This document shows, one piece after another, positions 1 through 10,234 of a stretch of 27,674 nucleotides of DNA (positions within the stretch are counted from its first letter, which is position 1; every line of letters begins with the position of its first letter). The DNA is taken from the IMG/VR virus record IMGVR_UViG_3300031519_000171, positions 1 to 27,674 of that record; one strand, written 5' to 3'. Made by a program: the position numbers and the translations under genes. This stretch comes from a virus. Lineage: Duplodnaviria > Caudoviricetes. The notes beneath the pieces are model-generated. The model ran no database searches. It was not told the DNA's origin and saw only the letters and a program-made list of their open reading frames with translations.

Positions 1-3000
1 AAAGCCAAAAAAGGATACAAACCGTTTAAATTACGAAACAAACTTAAGAGTAATCTAAATAAGTTACGTAAAATTATTGACTCTGATTTTAACAATATTA
101 GTGATTTGCCTGAAATGAAATTACCGGGATCTTTAGCTAAATTAAATATTGATGGAATTACTGAACAAGCAGTAGAAGCTATTTTTAATGATGTTGCTGC
201 ACGATTAAAAGCATTAGAAGATGCGACACAACAAGTAGCAAACCAAGCACTTACTGGGACGTTTGAGGGAGTGGTAGCTGAGATGTACAAAGTATCATCA
301 GTACTTTCTTCAAACTATTTAAGAACTTTTCCTAATTTGTTTGAAAATTTGAGAGAAAAAGGAAGCTCTATATCTAAAAAAATATATAGCGAACTTAACA
401 AAGGGTCTAAAAGTAATAACCCGGCCGAAATTGAGCTATTAAATGTTTTATTAGAATTTGAGCTTGATTTTAAAGAAGGCTTATTAGGAAGTAAAAATAC
501 AAACCCAGTTATAGACATAAAAGGTAACAATAAAGTTGAGTTTTTTAGGAAAGACATATTCAAGTATTTTTTAAAAGACACTGACGGTTTAAACACACCA
601 CAAGAAGAGCTTTTGGATAGTAACACAATCAGCCAATTAGCACTGGCCGGCTTTACTTGGTTTGCTTCAAGAGGGCTGCACACAATTAACATGCCTGAAG
701 AGGTTATGAATTTATATGTGGGTAAAGACAAAGATGCGCCTGTAACAGAAGACATGCGGCTTGTGCTTGAAAAATTAGGAGTATTAGTAGGACAGACTAA
801 TTATAACATAGGGCAAGACTTCTTAAAAAATATGGGACTAGATCCTAAAGACACTATGAGTGAAGCTGATCAAACTAGAATGGAAGCTTCAATAGGAGAT
901 TACGTTTTAGCTGCATTAGCACAAATGGAAATTGTTGAGTTTAAAAGTTTATCGACCTCAGATCTTAATAATTTAAGAGAAGAAGGTGACACACGTATTG
1001 AAAACGCTTTAGATGTGACACAACAAATAGACTCTGAAACACAAGAACTTATAGATAGTAATGTAAATCAAAAAACACAGACATATGAAAAAATAAGGTT
1101 TGTTAAAGTAAAAACTGAAATTTATTACGATATTGATTTAAGGAATGAGGTAGAAGTACCTGTTAAAAATTTAGCAAAATTAGAAAACCAATATGATTTA
1201 GGTAATAATCTATTTAACATAACTTTTGGGAAAAATATTAAAGGCAGCGGCGCAATATTTGAAGAGCCCAAAAAAGTTAATTCAAAAATTAAAAACAGCG
1301 AAGCAAAAGCATCCGAACAGCAAATAGAGAGTATGGATAAAAAACAAAAAGAAGCTAAAGGAATACGACAAGATAATTTAGAGGTTTACAATGCTTTTGG
1401 TAGAAATAAAAATGGCATTTCAATAGGATTAGCTACAATCGGAGGTTACGTATCTGATGTAAAAAACAATGTTACATTAGAAGAACAAGGTTCTGTTGAA
1501 AGCAAAAACAATGTTATTTTAAGAGATCAAAGAATATTAGATAATTTATTGGCTCTTATAAAAACGAAAAGAAAATCAGATCCAAAATTGTATCACGCAC
1601 TAGTCATGTTGTCTAATGGAAGACAGAACAACGATACTATTTCTGTAAATGAACAAAGCAGTAAATTGCATAGACGTATGATGGGAACATTGAATCACAG
1701 AGACATTATTCAAACAGATGGTTCAGACGCAGCTGTTATAAATCGTTTGTTATTAGCTATTGCAAATAATTTAGGAATTTCAGGCAATTCTACTGAAAAT
1801 GTATTACTTAAAATAGTTGATTTAGCTGCTAGTATTGATAACTCTACTGCAGACCTTGTATTTGTTGATGCTATTAAGGCTATTCAGGCCATGCAAAGTG
1901 AAAAAGGTGGCACATTTACTAAAGAACAAGAAGCTGCAGTTGTAGCCGCCTCTATAGAAGGCGGAGAGGGGTTTGCAACATTTGATGCGTTAATAACATT
2001 TGCCTCTTATCTAACAGCTAGAAAAACTGAGTCTTCTTTTAAAACCGGTATGTATAGAGGAGCTGATGCAACTAACAGTGGCGTTGCTATTAGTATTATT
2101 AGTTTAATGACTGCAAATGATTCAAGCACAAACTTAGAAGATATGCTTGAAAAAACTGGCATTTATTTTGATGAAACAACAGATTCTCTTAAGTGGAAAC
2201 ATAAATTAGGAAAAAATGATATTTACGAGACAGTTGTTTTAGAAACAAGTAGACAAGCTGATTCAATAGAAAAAGATATAGACGTGGTTCGGGAATCAAC
2301 AAACAGTCTAGAGGATGCTAAATTAAAAATAATTGTAGATTATGTAATAGAAGTTTTTATAAATAAAGTGAAATATAAATTTCAAAGCGAAAGTACAAAA
2401 GAATTTTCTAAACAAGATAAATCATTGTTTGATAAGGTATTAATTGAATATACACGCAGAAAACTTAATATAAATATTAATAGCTTAAACACCGAAGACA
2501 AAAGAAAATTTTTATTTGATGACCTGGCTCAAATTACAAGTGGGGTTAACACTATAATAGGTGCGTTCACTACAAAAGAAGATTCTCAAGAAAGTGTTAA
2601 AAGCATTGCAAGAAATATGTTTAAAAGTCCTATTATTGCGAGCACTTATGGAGCTTTCTTAAATAGCGCAGCACGAAATTTTGCTGATAAAGCCATTGCA
2701 TCATTCTTTAGTGAATTAACAGAATTAATGAACGAGTCTAATTCAGATATAAAAACTGATAGAATAGCAGAATTAGAAGAAGCATTAAATAAAGTTATAT
2801 ACCCAAATCGTAGCAAAGTTTTGTCATTAGATATTAAAAACTTTAAGCTAACTAAATTTGAAAGAAATCTATTAAGAAACAGCATATTAATTGCAAAAGG
2901 CGAAGCATTAAAAGAAGTATTAAATGGTGAGCTTGGGGGTATTTTTAAAGTACGACAAGAAATAAATAAAAGAGGACAAGAAGCAGTAATACTTTTTGAA

Positions 3001-6000
3001 ACTATCTATAATAAAGAAGTAGAACTTGCAATGAAAAAGCAAGAAGGAAAAGCTTTAACCATTCAAGAAAAGAAAAAAATTCTAAAAAAATTAAATTACA
3101 TGATGCCAATTGTTGAAACAGCTTTGGGCAAAAAAGAAGAGATTAACACAAATAGTGTAGGGCTAAATGAAGGTATGCCTTTGTTTAAATTATCTGATAG
3201 AGAGCTCAATCAAACAGATGAGTATTCAACAAGACTTCGAGTAAGAAAAGAAAAACCTTTGGTCAATAAAGTTGCGTCTATTGGTGGGCGTGGCAGAACA
3301 ATTACGCTTGAACCATTAGGAGTAGCTGCAGGTGTAACGCTTAATATACAGATCGATGCTGCTGTAATGGCTTTAGTGTTATCAAAATTTGATGCGTTAA
3401 ACTTATATGATGAAATTGGTCTTAAATTAAGGGATGAAGAAGCAGGAACTACTGAAATCAATAAAACATTTATTGAAACAATGAATTCTTATGATCCGTT
3501 AGTAGCGATGGGGGATGCGTTAAGTCGAACTTTTGTTGGATACGTTAAATACATTGCTGATGGCAAAGCACAAATCATTAAAGATGGTGGTACAAAAGCC
3601 GATTCAAACGCATGGGCAGAAAGTATTAACACTATTTTAGAGACAGCATTAAAAAAGCAAAAATACATTGGTAAATCAGATCCTAAAAAACTAAAAGAAA
3701 TACAAAAAGCAATAGAAACATTTAAGTCTGACGCCCAAGTTAAAGCAAAAGCAAGAAAAATTTTATTAAGCAAAGTTACAAATGTTTTACATTATGACAG
3801 TAACTCTAAAGGCTATCAAAGTACTGAACAACAGAATACAGAAGAAGATATTAGCGCTCTTGTAGATGAGCTTATTAATGAGGAAATTAGAAAAGCAAGA
3901 GATGCTGCTGATAAATTAGGTTCTTCTCCCGCTTCTAATAATCAAGAATTTGAGCAATTTAAAAATGATAGCACGTATAGAGACGCCATAGGAAAAGATG
4001 CTCCTGACTTTATTACTTCTCTAAATACCGAAGAAGTATTTGAAAACTTAATAAACATAGGACATCAAAAAGAGTCTGCTGAACATTTAGAACATTTAAG
4101 ATATGTGGTTACAAACATTATTGCTCCTAGAATGCGCAAAGTAGGTTTAAGTTTACAGACCAAAGGAAAGCGTACTCGTGGAGACGCTATACCGAGTATT
4201 CCAAGAGTATATATTAGTAACGCTACAGGTAGGCCAGAAAGTAAGATAAGTATGTCTGTAGCAGGAGCATATGTGCATGAACTAGGGCATTTAGCTACTT
4301 ATGATCAAATTAATATTAATGATGGGGGAATTCAAAGAGAGTTTCATACTTTATTTAAATATGTACAGAGGTTAGTTAAAAAAGGCCAAATTGATTACAC
4401 AGCTTTTTTACCAGATCGAAATGATACATCTGATCCAATAGCTAATGAAATAGCACAAGAGCGTTTAGATCATATTTTTGCTAACGAGGAAGTAATTGAA
4501 ACAAAGCACACAGATGTGCATTCTGGAGAAGAGTTTATTTTAAAAAGAAATAACTTTTTACATGAATTTGCTATGCTTGGGTTGCTTGATGAGAATTTTA
4601 GAAAAACTTTAAAAGAGTTTACTCCTCCACAAGGTAAATTAATAAAAGGCGAAAACTTTGCTGAAAAGTTTATGAATTTTTTCCGAGAATTATTACGTAA
4701 ATTTGATCAAAAATTATTAAACACAGGAAACTTAAACGCTGCAGATAAACTTCAAAAAATAATTGAAGCTATGACAAATGTTGAAAATAAGAATAAAAGT
4801 AAATTAGCTAGAAACTTTGAATTTTTTGAAGCCGGGAGTCGTTTAATGAAAACGGCGTTGACTAAAGTAATTGTTCAACCTCTAGTTACTTTGGCTTCAA
4901 CGAGAGCGTTACAACAAAGCAAATATGCGCTTTTAAGTAGTGCAGCAAAAATAATTTCTGTAGCTCCCACTGTTAAGTTTAAAGATTTTATTGAAGCTTT
5001 GAGAAATACTAGAAGACGTATGGGAGCTTCTGCTTTAGGAATGACAGACTCTATTCTTAGGGAATTAACAGGTCCAAGCCCAGATATGATTGCTTATCAT
5101 ACTATGGTTAGTACAGTAAATAAACATGTGGATCAAAACGGGCAAGCCATAAATGACTCGGTTACTGTAGAAATGCGCGAAGCGTTTCTTAAAAAAGGGT
5201 TTTCAATAGATCAAAATCATTCTGTTAGTCGTGTGTACATGCGAGGAGATATGAGCTCTTTATATCTAAAATATACCAACAAAGAGATTGAAGAGTTTTT
5301 AAATGAAGATCAAGTCGCATTAGAAAAAGAAATTAAAGCGTTAGAAAATGAGCTATTAGGCATAACTGATGGTCAAGAGAACAACGGCAGAATTGTAGAT
5401 TATTATATGCTTATGGCTAGAAGTCTTGCAGGTATTATGATTAATGGCAAAGCAGAAGCAAAAGTTAGCAGTATAAACGCACACAATATAGCTAACTTAA
5501 ATCTTACTAATAAAAGTATAGATCCATTGATAGCCGATACAGCAGAAGAGGTGCTTAATAGGATTGTATCGTTAGAAGCTCTTAAAAGAGTTAATAATAA
5601 AGATAAAGCTAATTTAAAGAAAGTCTATGAAAGAGAGTATGCTAGAAAAGACATTAATGGAGAGCTCCTTGAAAATGGCATAGACTTTATTGCTGCTGCA
5701 AGCATTGATTTAAAAGAAGAAGCTATAGGAAAAAATGGTGTATTGAGAGGGCAGAGAGCTCTTGCTGTTCAAGGCTACGTTAAAGATATGTTTGATGCAG
5801 ATACAAGTTATAGAGTAGGAACTGCAGCAGAAGCTGCGCATTATGAAAAATTACATTATGAAAGGCTAACAAAACCTATTCCTACAGATCCTTTAGCGGA
5901 TGAAACAAGTAATGAAATAGTGGAGCCTTTGTATATTTATATAAATAAAGATCGAAGAGAGACGGCAAGAGAAGCTGGAGCAGTAACGATGCGACAAGAA

Positions 6001-7674
6001 GCCAGCAAAGGAACAGATATTATTGAAGTCAGTTCTCAACAAGGCAGTATGGAACCAGGAATGACCGGGGGAATTCAAGGAGACGCTATACTAAATAAAA
6101 ATATGGATTTAGTAGACGAGTTCTTTAACGGCAACGATACACTTTCTTTAGATGGAGAAGCTAATATATTAGTTCCTATTACTGATGGCGTAGGACAAAT
6201 ATCTGGCTGGCGCTATCTAATGGATGAAAAAACTAAAAGACATATGCTTAATAGAGACGATGAATTTGGAGCTATGATGGCTTCAATGACATCTTCAAGT
6301 CAAGTAAACCCAGTAGGCACAAGACTAAATAGTAGAATTGTTAGTATGATTTTAGATACTTTTCAAACGGCTACTGTAAAACAAGCTGAACACTTTGTAT
6401 TTATAGGAGAGAAATCTGAAGACCTTAACCTTAGAGAAACATGGCAAAGAATACCTCCTACAATGCGCCAAGAATTACAAAATGCTTTTGGTGAAAAAGG
6501 ATTTTATGTTCACGAAGAACTTGTGGAACAACTTTTTGGACGCAAAAAGAAAAGAATTTCAGACTGGTTAGAACAGTACGCTAGTGAAATTGAAACAATG
6601 GAAAAAGAACATAGAAACGCATTTGCTGAAATGCTACTTGATAATGACGGTGCTTTAGCAAAATTAGGAATAACTCCAGGAGGGTTTAGAAAAGCTGGTG
6701 ATGCATGGTACGAACTTGTAAAACTTGCTAAATACACAATTGTTGTAAAATTAGGACAAGTTTTATTAGAGAATGTGTTAAGTAACACGTTGGTTTTAGC
6801 TACAGCTGGGTTAAGTATTCCTGAAATTGTCAAATATAATATAACTGCTGTAACGCATTCTAGAGAATATGTAAAAAATACAAAAATAGTCTTAGCTTCT
6901 GAAAGAGCAATAAGCGTTAAATTAAGAAGAATAGAATCTGGAAATGTTAGCAGGGCTCTTAAAAATAATATTGAAAAAGATATTAAAGCTTTAAGAATTA
7001 AGATAATACAAAGCAACGAAAAGATGGCAATTAGCCCAGTTAGAGAGTTGAACGAAGCTGGTCTTTATCAGACTATTGTAGAAGAAATAGACATAGAGCA
7101 AAAAAGTGGAAAATACGCAACTATAGTGTCAGATTATTTAAAACCTGGCGCAGATAAATTAGGTCCACTTAAAGCACCTGTAGATGAATTCTTTGTAAAC
7201 AAGACATCTGCTACAGGCAATTTCTTTAAAATTGCTACTCAACAAAGCGATTTTGTTGCAAGATTCGCTATGCATCAGCACAACATGAAAAGAAAAAAGA
7301 TGTCAAAGAAAGAATCTTTTGCTCATGTAAAAAAATTATTTGTTGCGTATGATACAATGACACACGGAAATTTACAGTGGGGAAATGATGTAGGATTATT
7401 AATGTTTAGCAAATATGTGCTTCGTATTCAGGGGCAGATAATAAATCTTGTAATTAACCATCCTGCAAGAGTCGCTTCATTATTACTTTCAGCAGGATAT
7501 CTTGATATACGTGTACCATTTATAACTAACTCATTCGCGTTAACAGGAAGCTTATTACACAATGTTAATCTTGATCCAACAGATATAGCATTAGCACCTC
7601 TTGCTAACGTCTATACAACCGCTGCATCAAGTGTTGTATTTGATGATGCTGTTACGGATTATGCTCTTTATTAG
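1..7674 (+). CDS. Virion-encapsidated RNA polymerase (N4 gp50-like), 5'-truncated by the window edge
   Basis: Frame is open from base 1, so the TTG at 106 is not the real start. >2500 aa with no Cys seen. T7-like motifs in order: SNGR (~1612-1623), motif A GADATNSG (D at 2065), motif B RNMFKSPIIASTYG (from 2611), motif C LYDE (D at 3409). C-terminal HELGH (4276-4290). Opposite strand to the replication genes, as in N4. Confidence 0.93.
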   Translation, partial: KAKKGYKPFKLRNKLKSNLNKLRKIIDSDFNNISDLPEMKLPGSLAKLNIDGITEQAVEAIFNDVAARLKALEDATQQVANQALTGTFEGVVAEMYKVSSVLSSNYLRTFPNLFENLREKGSSISKKIYSELNKGSKSNNPAEIELLNVLLEFELDFKEGLLGSKNTNPVIDIKGNNKVEFFRKDIFKYFLKDTDGLNTPQEELLDSNTISQLALAGFTWFASRGLHTINMPEEVMNLYVGKDKDAPVTEDMRLVLEKLGVLVGQTNYNIGQDFLKNMGLDPKDTMSEADQTRMEASIGDYVLAALAQMEIVEFKSLSTSDLNNLREEGDTRIENALDVTQQIDSETQELIDSNVNQKTQTYEKIRFVKVKTEIYYDIDLRNEVEVPVKNLAKLENQYDLGNNLFNITFGKNIKGSGAIFEEPKKVNSKIKNSEAKASEQQIESMDKKQKEAKGIRQDNLEVYNAFGRNKNGISIGLATIGGYVSDVKNNVTLEEQGSVESKNNVILRDQRILDNLLALIKTKRKSDPKLYHALVMLSNGRQNNDTISVNEQSSKLHRRMMGTLNHRDIIQTDGSDAAVINRLLLAIANNLGISGNSTENVLLKIVDLAASIDNSTADLVFVDAIKAIQAMQSEKGGTFTKEQEAAVVAASIEGGEGFATFDALITFASYLTARKTESSFKTGMYRGADATNSGVAISIISLMTANDSSTNLEDMLEKTGIYFDETTDSLKWKHKLGKNDIYETVVLETSRQADSIEKDIDVVRESTNSLEDAKLKIIVDYVIEVFINKVKYKFQSESTKEFSKQDKSLFDKVLIEYTRRKLNININSLNTEDKRKFLFDDLAQITSGVNTIIGAFTTKEDSQESVKSIARNMFKSPIIASTYGAFLNSAARNFADKAIASFFSELTELMNESNSDIKTDRIAELEEALNKVIYPNRSKVLSLDIKNFKLTKFERNLLRNSILIAKGEALKEVLNGELGGIFKVRQEINKRGQEAVILFETIYNKEVELAMKKQEGKALTIQEKKKILKKLNYMMPIVETALGKKEEINTNSVGLNEGMPLFKLSDRELNQTDEYSTRLRVRKEKPLVNKVASIGGRGRTITLEPLGVAAGVTLNIQIDAAVMALVLSKFDALNLYDEIGLKLRDEEAGTTEINKTFIETMNSYDPLVAMGDALSRTFVGYVKYIADGKAQIIKDGGTKADSNAWAESINTILETALKKQKYIGKSDPKKLKEIQKAIETFKSDAQVKAKARKILLSKVTNVLHYDSNSKGYQSTEQQNTEEDISALVDELINEEIRKARDAADKLGSSPASNNQEFEQFKNDSTYRDAIGKDAPDFITSLNTEEVFENLINIGHQKESAEHLEHLRYVVTNIIAPRMRKVGLSLQTKGKRTRGDAIPSIPRVYISNATGRPESKISMSVAGAYVHELGHLATYDQININDGGIQREFHTLFKYVQRLVKKGQIDYTAFLPDRNDTSDPIANEIAQERLDHIFANEEVIETKHTDVHSGEEFILKRNNFLHEFAMLGLLDENFRKTLKEFTPPQGKLIKGENFAEKFMNFFRELLRKFDQKLLNTGNLNAADKLQKIIEAMTNVENKNKSKLARNFEFFEAGSRLMKTALTKVIVQPLVTLASTRALQQSKYALLSSAAKIISVAPTVKFKDFIEALRNTRRRMGASALGMTDSILRELTGPSPDMIAYHTMVSTVNKHVDQNGQAINDSVTVEMREAFLKKGFSIDQNHSVSRVYMRGDMSSLYLKYTNKEIEEFLNEDQVALEKEIKALENELLGITDGQENNGRIVDYYMLMARSLAGIMINGKAEAKVSSINAHNIANLNLTNKSIDPLIADTAEEVLNRIVSLEALKRVNNKDKANLKKVYEREYARKDINGELLENGIDFIAAASIDLKEEAIGKNGVLRGQRALAVQGYVKDMFDADTSYRVGTAAEAAHYEKLHYERLTKPIPTDPLADETSNEIVEPLYIYINKDRRETAREAGAVTMRQEASKGTDIIEVSSQQGSMEPGMTGGIQGDAILNKNMDLVDEFFNGNDTLSLDGEANILVPITDGVGQISGWRYLMDEKTKRHMLNRDDEFGAMMASMTSSSQVNPVGTRLNSRIVSMILDTFQTATVKQAEHFVFIGEKSEDLNLRETWQRIPPTMRQELQNAFGEKGFYVHEELVEQLFGRKKKRISDWLEQYASEIETMEKEHRNAFAEMLLDNDGALAKLGITPGGFRKAGDAWYELVKLAKYTIVVKLGQVLLENVLSNTLVLATAGLSIPEIVKYNITAVTHSREYVKNTKIVLASERAISVKLRRIESGNVSRALKNNIEKDIKALRIKIIQSNEKMAISPVRELNEAGLYQTIVEEIDIEQKSGKYATIVSDYLKPGADKLGPLKAPVDEFFVNKTSATGNFFKIATQQSDFVARFAMHQHNMKRKKMSKKESFAHVKKLFVAYDTMTHGNLQWGNDVGLLMFSKYVLRIQGQIINLVINHPARVASLLLSAGYLDIRVPFITNSFALTGSLLHNVNLDPTDIALAPLANVYTTAASSVVFDDAVTDYALY

Positions 7675-7864
7675 TTTTAGACTTTTTGTACGATTTATAA
7701 TCAACATTTAAGCCTACAAAAATAAAAAGTGTAAATACTACGGCTAAAAGCACTACACCTATAATTGTTAATATATAGCCCATAAGCATAGACGCAAAAA
7801 CAATACCTCCTAGCAATACTGTTGAAAGTACTGCTAGGATAAGGTTTTTAATTTTCTTAAACAT
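7652..7864 (-). CDS. Small membrane protein (two predicted TM helices), function unknown
   Basis: 70 aa with a long hydrophobic stretch and basic termini; starts 2 bp after the stop of the preceding - strand gene. Confidence 0.75.
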   Translation of the reverse strand: MFKKIKNLILAVLSTVLLGGIVFASMLMGYILTIIGVVLLAVVFTLFIFVGLNVDYKSYKKSKTNKEHNP

Positions 7865-7866
7865 AG

Positions 7867-8211
7867 TTAATTAGAATTGCTAAACAAACTTTGATCGTCA
7901 GAAGGTTCTTCGGTAGATTCTTCTGCAGCATCGTTTTTAGAAACAATGCTTTCTGTAAAAGGTAATTCTACTTGATCTATATTAGAAAGATTCACTGGGT
8001 CTGACTTATCTGCTTTTGATTTCCGTGAACAACATTTCTTTTTAGGAATATCTTCAGGATTCATAATACTTATAACAGCTGTATTGCCATTACTACCACG
8101 ACCTGCGGTAAAAGTTACTTCTACGTGTTTACCAGCAAGGTTAATTCCTTGATGGGCTACGTATTCTTCCAGAGCTTTGTTTATCTCTGTATTTTTCAAT
8201 GTAATATCCAT
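7867..8211 (-). CDS. Conserved N4-like hypothetical protein with acidic tail
   Basis: N-terminus (EINKALEEYV..QGINL...VEVTFTAGRG.NG) resembles the small gene I recall following the resolvase in N4-like phages; AGGA RBS upstream. Confidence 0.75.
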   Translation of the reverse strand: MDITLKNTEINKALEEYVAHQGINLAGKHVEVTFTAGRGSNGNTAVISIMNPEDIPKKKCCSRKSKADKSDPVNLSNIDQVELPFTESIVSKNDAAEESTEEPSDDQSLFSNSN

Positions 8212-8223
8212 TGTATTTCCTTG

Positions 8224-8700
8224 TTAAGATTTAAATGTTTGGCTTGCATAATGCGCAACCATTAAAGCATCGCTTTTGCCATCTTGTAAGCCGCCTTTTG
8301 AGCCTCTAATAGAGGCATCAGGATAAAGACGATCACATATACTAGCTACTTCGTTTTTAATAGCTTTGCCTTTGGTTTTTACACCTACAAACTTCTGCCA
8401 TACTTTAGGAGTCACTAAACCTACAGATAATCCCACCACTTGTGGAATTACATTTACCCTTTCGACATTACGTCCAAAGCTAAAATTAGATTTAGCTGAC
8501 ATTCCAAATAAAGTATGAACATCTTCTATCATAACTACAGGAATATTAAACTTATTTTTAGCAGCAGTTAGCCATTCAGCGATATCTTTTGGTTTTTCAA
8601 TATTTGAATAAAATTGCACATATTTAGTGCTGGGAACTAAAAGGCAATAATACCCTTTAGCTCCCGGATCACATGCAATATATGCTACAAGTTTGCTCAT
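8224..8700 (-). CDS. RuvC-like Holliday junction resolvase
   Basis: ACDPGAKG, VMIEDV, FSFG, P..WQK and DG.SDALM motifs of phage RuvC-like nucleases; immediately downstream of SSB. Confidence 0.85.
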   Translation of the reverse strand: MSKLVAYIACDPGAKGYYCLLVPSTKYVQFYSNIEKPKDIAEWLTAAKNKFNIPVVMIEDVHTLFGMSAKSNFSFGRNVERVNVIPQVVGLSVGLVTPKVWQKFVGVKTKGKAIKNEVASICDRLYPDASIRGSKGGLQDGKSDALMVAHYASQTFKS

Positions 8701-9443
8701 TAAGCGTTAGCAAATAAGCTTGAGGTTGCGGCTGGCGTAGCCGCTGTTGGTGTGCCAACAGTGGATGCGGCTGCAGCATCTCTACCAGTAGTAGATTTGT
8801 CAGGATATGTTCCTCCAAATTTACTTTCCCATTTATCAGTAAATGAGCCTTCGTCAGCACCTGCTTTAACTTCTGTTGCAGTTAAGCCGTCAGCGTTAAA
8901 GAATTTGTCAATGACATTTTCATCTTTAACTTCACCGCTTGGAACCCATTTGCCAGCACCATTGTCAGTTACTTTATCAACTGTTTGTTTAATAATACCT
9001 GCTAGAATTTCTTTTCCTAAAAGGTCACTAATGACAGCTGTTTTTTGTGGAATTTCAGCTTTAGCTTCAAAATCCCAACGATTTACAACTTTTTCAACTG
9101 TTTCTAAAGCATTCATTTTTGTTTTAAGAACAGCTTCAGTAAGTGATTCAGCTAATTTGTACCCAGGTAGATACTGTTTTTTGCCTTTAGCATCAATGTA
9201 AGTGTTTTTGTTGCCTTTGGCATCTCCACTTGAGATCCAAATTGTTTGGCGTACATTTGAGCCACTATCAACACCAGTTAGATGGAGATTAAGTGAAAGA
9301 GCTCCTCTTGCTGATTGATCAATATAAGCTAGTTCAATGTTCATGCGATGAAGACCTGAGTCAACTAGAAATGATCCACCTCCAACTGAGTCTTTGTCGC
9401 CTTCGATTGTGTCGTTTGATTCAAGATTACTTAGTAAAGACAT
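8700..9443 (-). CDS. ssb: Single-stranded DNA-binding protein (N4 gp45-like)
   Basis: 247 aa with GDAKGNKN.Y...GKKQYLPGY and N.IDKFF motifs and an Ala/Thr/Pro-rich tail ending SLFANA; N4 synteny; GGAG RBS. Confidence 0.88.
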   Translation of the reverse strand: MSLLSNLESNDTIEGDKDSVGGGSFLVDSGLHRMNIELAYIDQSARGALSLNLHLTGVDSGSNVRQTIWISSGDAKGNKNTYIDAKGKKQYLPGYKLAESLTEAVLKTKMNALETVEKVVNRWDFEAKAEIPQKTAVISDLLGKEILAGIIKQTVDKVTDNGAGKWVPSGEVKDENVIDKFFNADGLTATEVKAGADEGSFTDKWESKFGGTYPDKSTTGRDAAAASTVGTPTAATPAATSSLFANA

Positions 9444-9470
9444 AATGTCTCCTTCATATTTAGGTTAATA

Positions 9471-10187
9471 TTATTTGTAATAACTATGCAAGCGGTCAAT
9501 AACCAATTGCACATCGTTATCAATGTAGGTTTCGTCTATAGTCCACATACCCATAGAGCTTCTTATGGCTTCGTCCACTGTCTCTTTAGTGAGTTGTGTT
9601 TGGAACACATACTTAAAGCCTAACGCCTCTTCTTGAGGTGTTATATTTAGAAGAGATGATTTGTATTCTTCTAAAACTTTTGTAGGCACTTTTTTTGTGC
9701 TTATTACGGTTGAAAAAAAACTTTCAATACCGTTATTCATAAGAGAGCCTTTAACTTTGACTTTAGTTTCTCTATCTAAAGTTTTTTCATCCATCACTGT
9801 AAGTGTATGACCGATAAAAATAATATTTTTTGTTGACTTTGCTACATATTGGCTCATCAATATTTTAAAGAATTGAGCATATTCGCCCCATGCTTTCATT
9901 GTATTTGCTGATGTCAATACGTGAACAGATTCAAACATATCCATAGCAAAAGTTAAACTATCAATAACAATAGTATGAATATTTTTGTGCTGTTCTGCTG
10001 TCTCTAAAATAGAGTAGATCTGTTTAGGGTCAATAATAATTTCTTCTCTAAATGCTCCTTTAAAAGGAAGCTTTTTATTGTTTTCACAATTAAGATAAAT
10101 TACGCCTTTTGGATCACCAATATTACGTAGAGATGCAGATTTACCAGTAGCAGTTTTGCCACTAATTAGTACAAGATTGTCGTTCAT
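9471..10187 (-). CDS. Sak4-like / AAA_24 P-loop ATPase (N4 gp44-like)
   Basis: Walker A GKTATGKS, Walker B IVIDS; lies between primase and SSB. Confidence 0.88.
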   Translation of the reverse strand: MNDNLVLISGKTATGKSASLRNIGDPKGVIYLNCENNKKLPFKGAFREEIIIDPKQIYSILETAEQHKNIHTIVIDSLTFAMDMFESVHVLTSANTMKAWGEYAQFFKILMSQYVAKSTKNIIFIGHTLTVMDEKTLDRETKVKVKGSLMNNGIESFFSTVISTKKVPTKVLEEYKSSLLNITPQEEALGFKYVFQTQLTKETVDEAIRSSMGMWTIDETYIDNDVQLVIDRLHSYYK

Positions 10188-10218
10188 GTTTATTCCATAT
10201 ATTTTAAGAGTTAATTTA

Positions 10219-10233
10219 ATCGCCGGAGGCGAT
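10219..10233 (+). promoter_or_regulatory. vRNAP-type hairpin ATCGCC-GGA-GGCGAT (template strand for - genes)
   Basis: Perfect 6-bp stem with C-GGA-G triloop in the gap upstream of the Sak4-SSB-resolvase genes; the same core recurs across the window. Confidence 0.65.
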
Positions 10234-10234
10234 A

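Noticed and set aside
106-108. TTG as the vRNAP start codon
   Set aside because: The frame is open to base 1 and N4-type vRNAPs are longer; the gene is truncated by the window.
315-7016. Six - strand ORFs within the vRNAP gene
   Set aside because: Antisense shadows of the long coding frame; no recognisable motifs.
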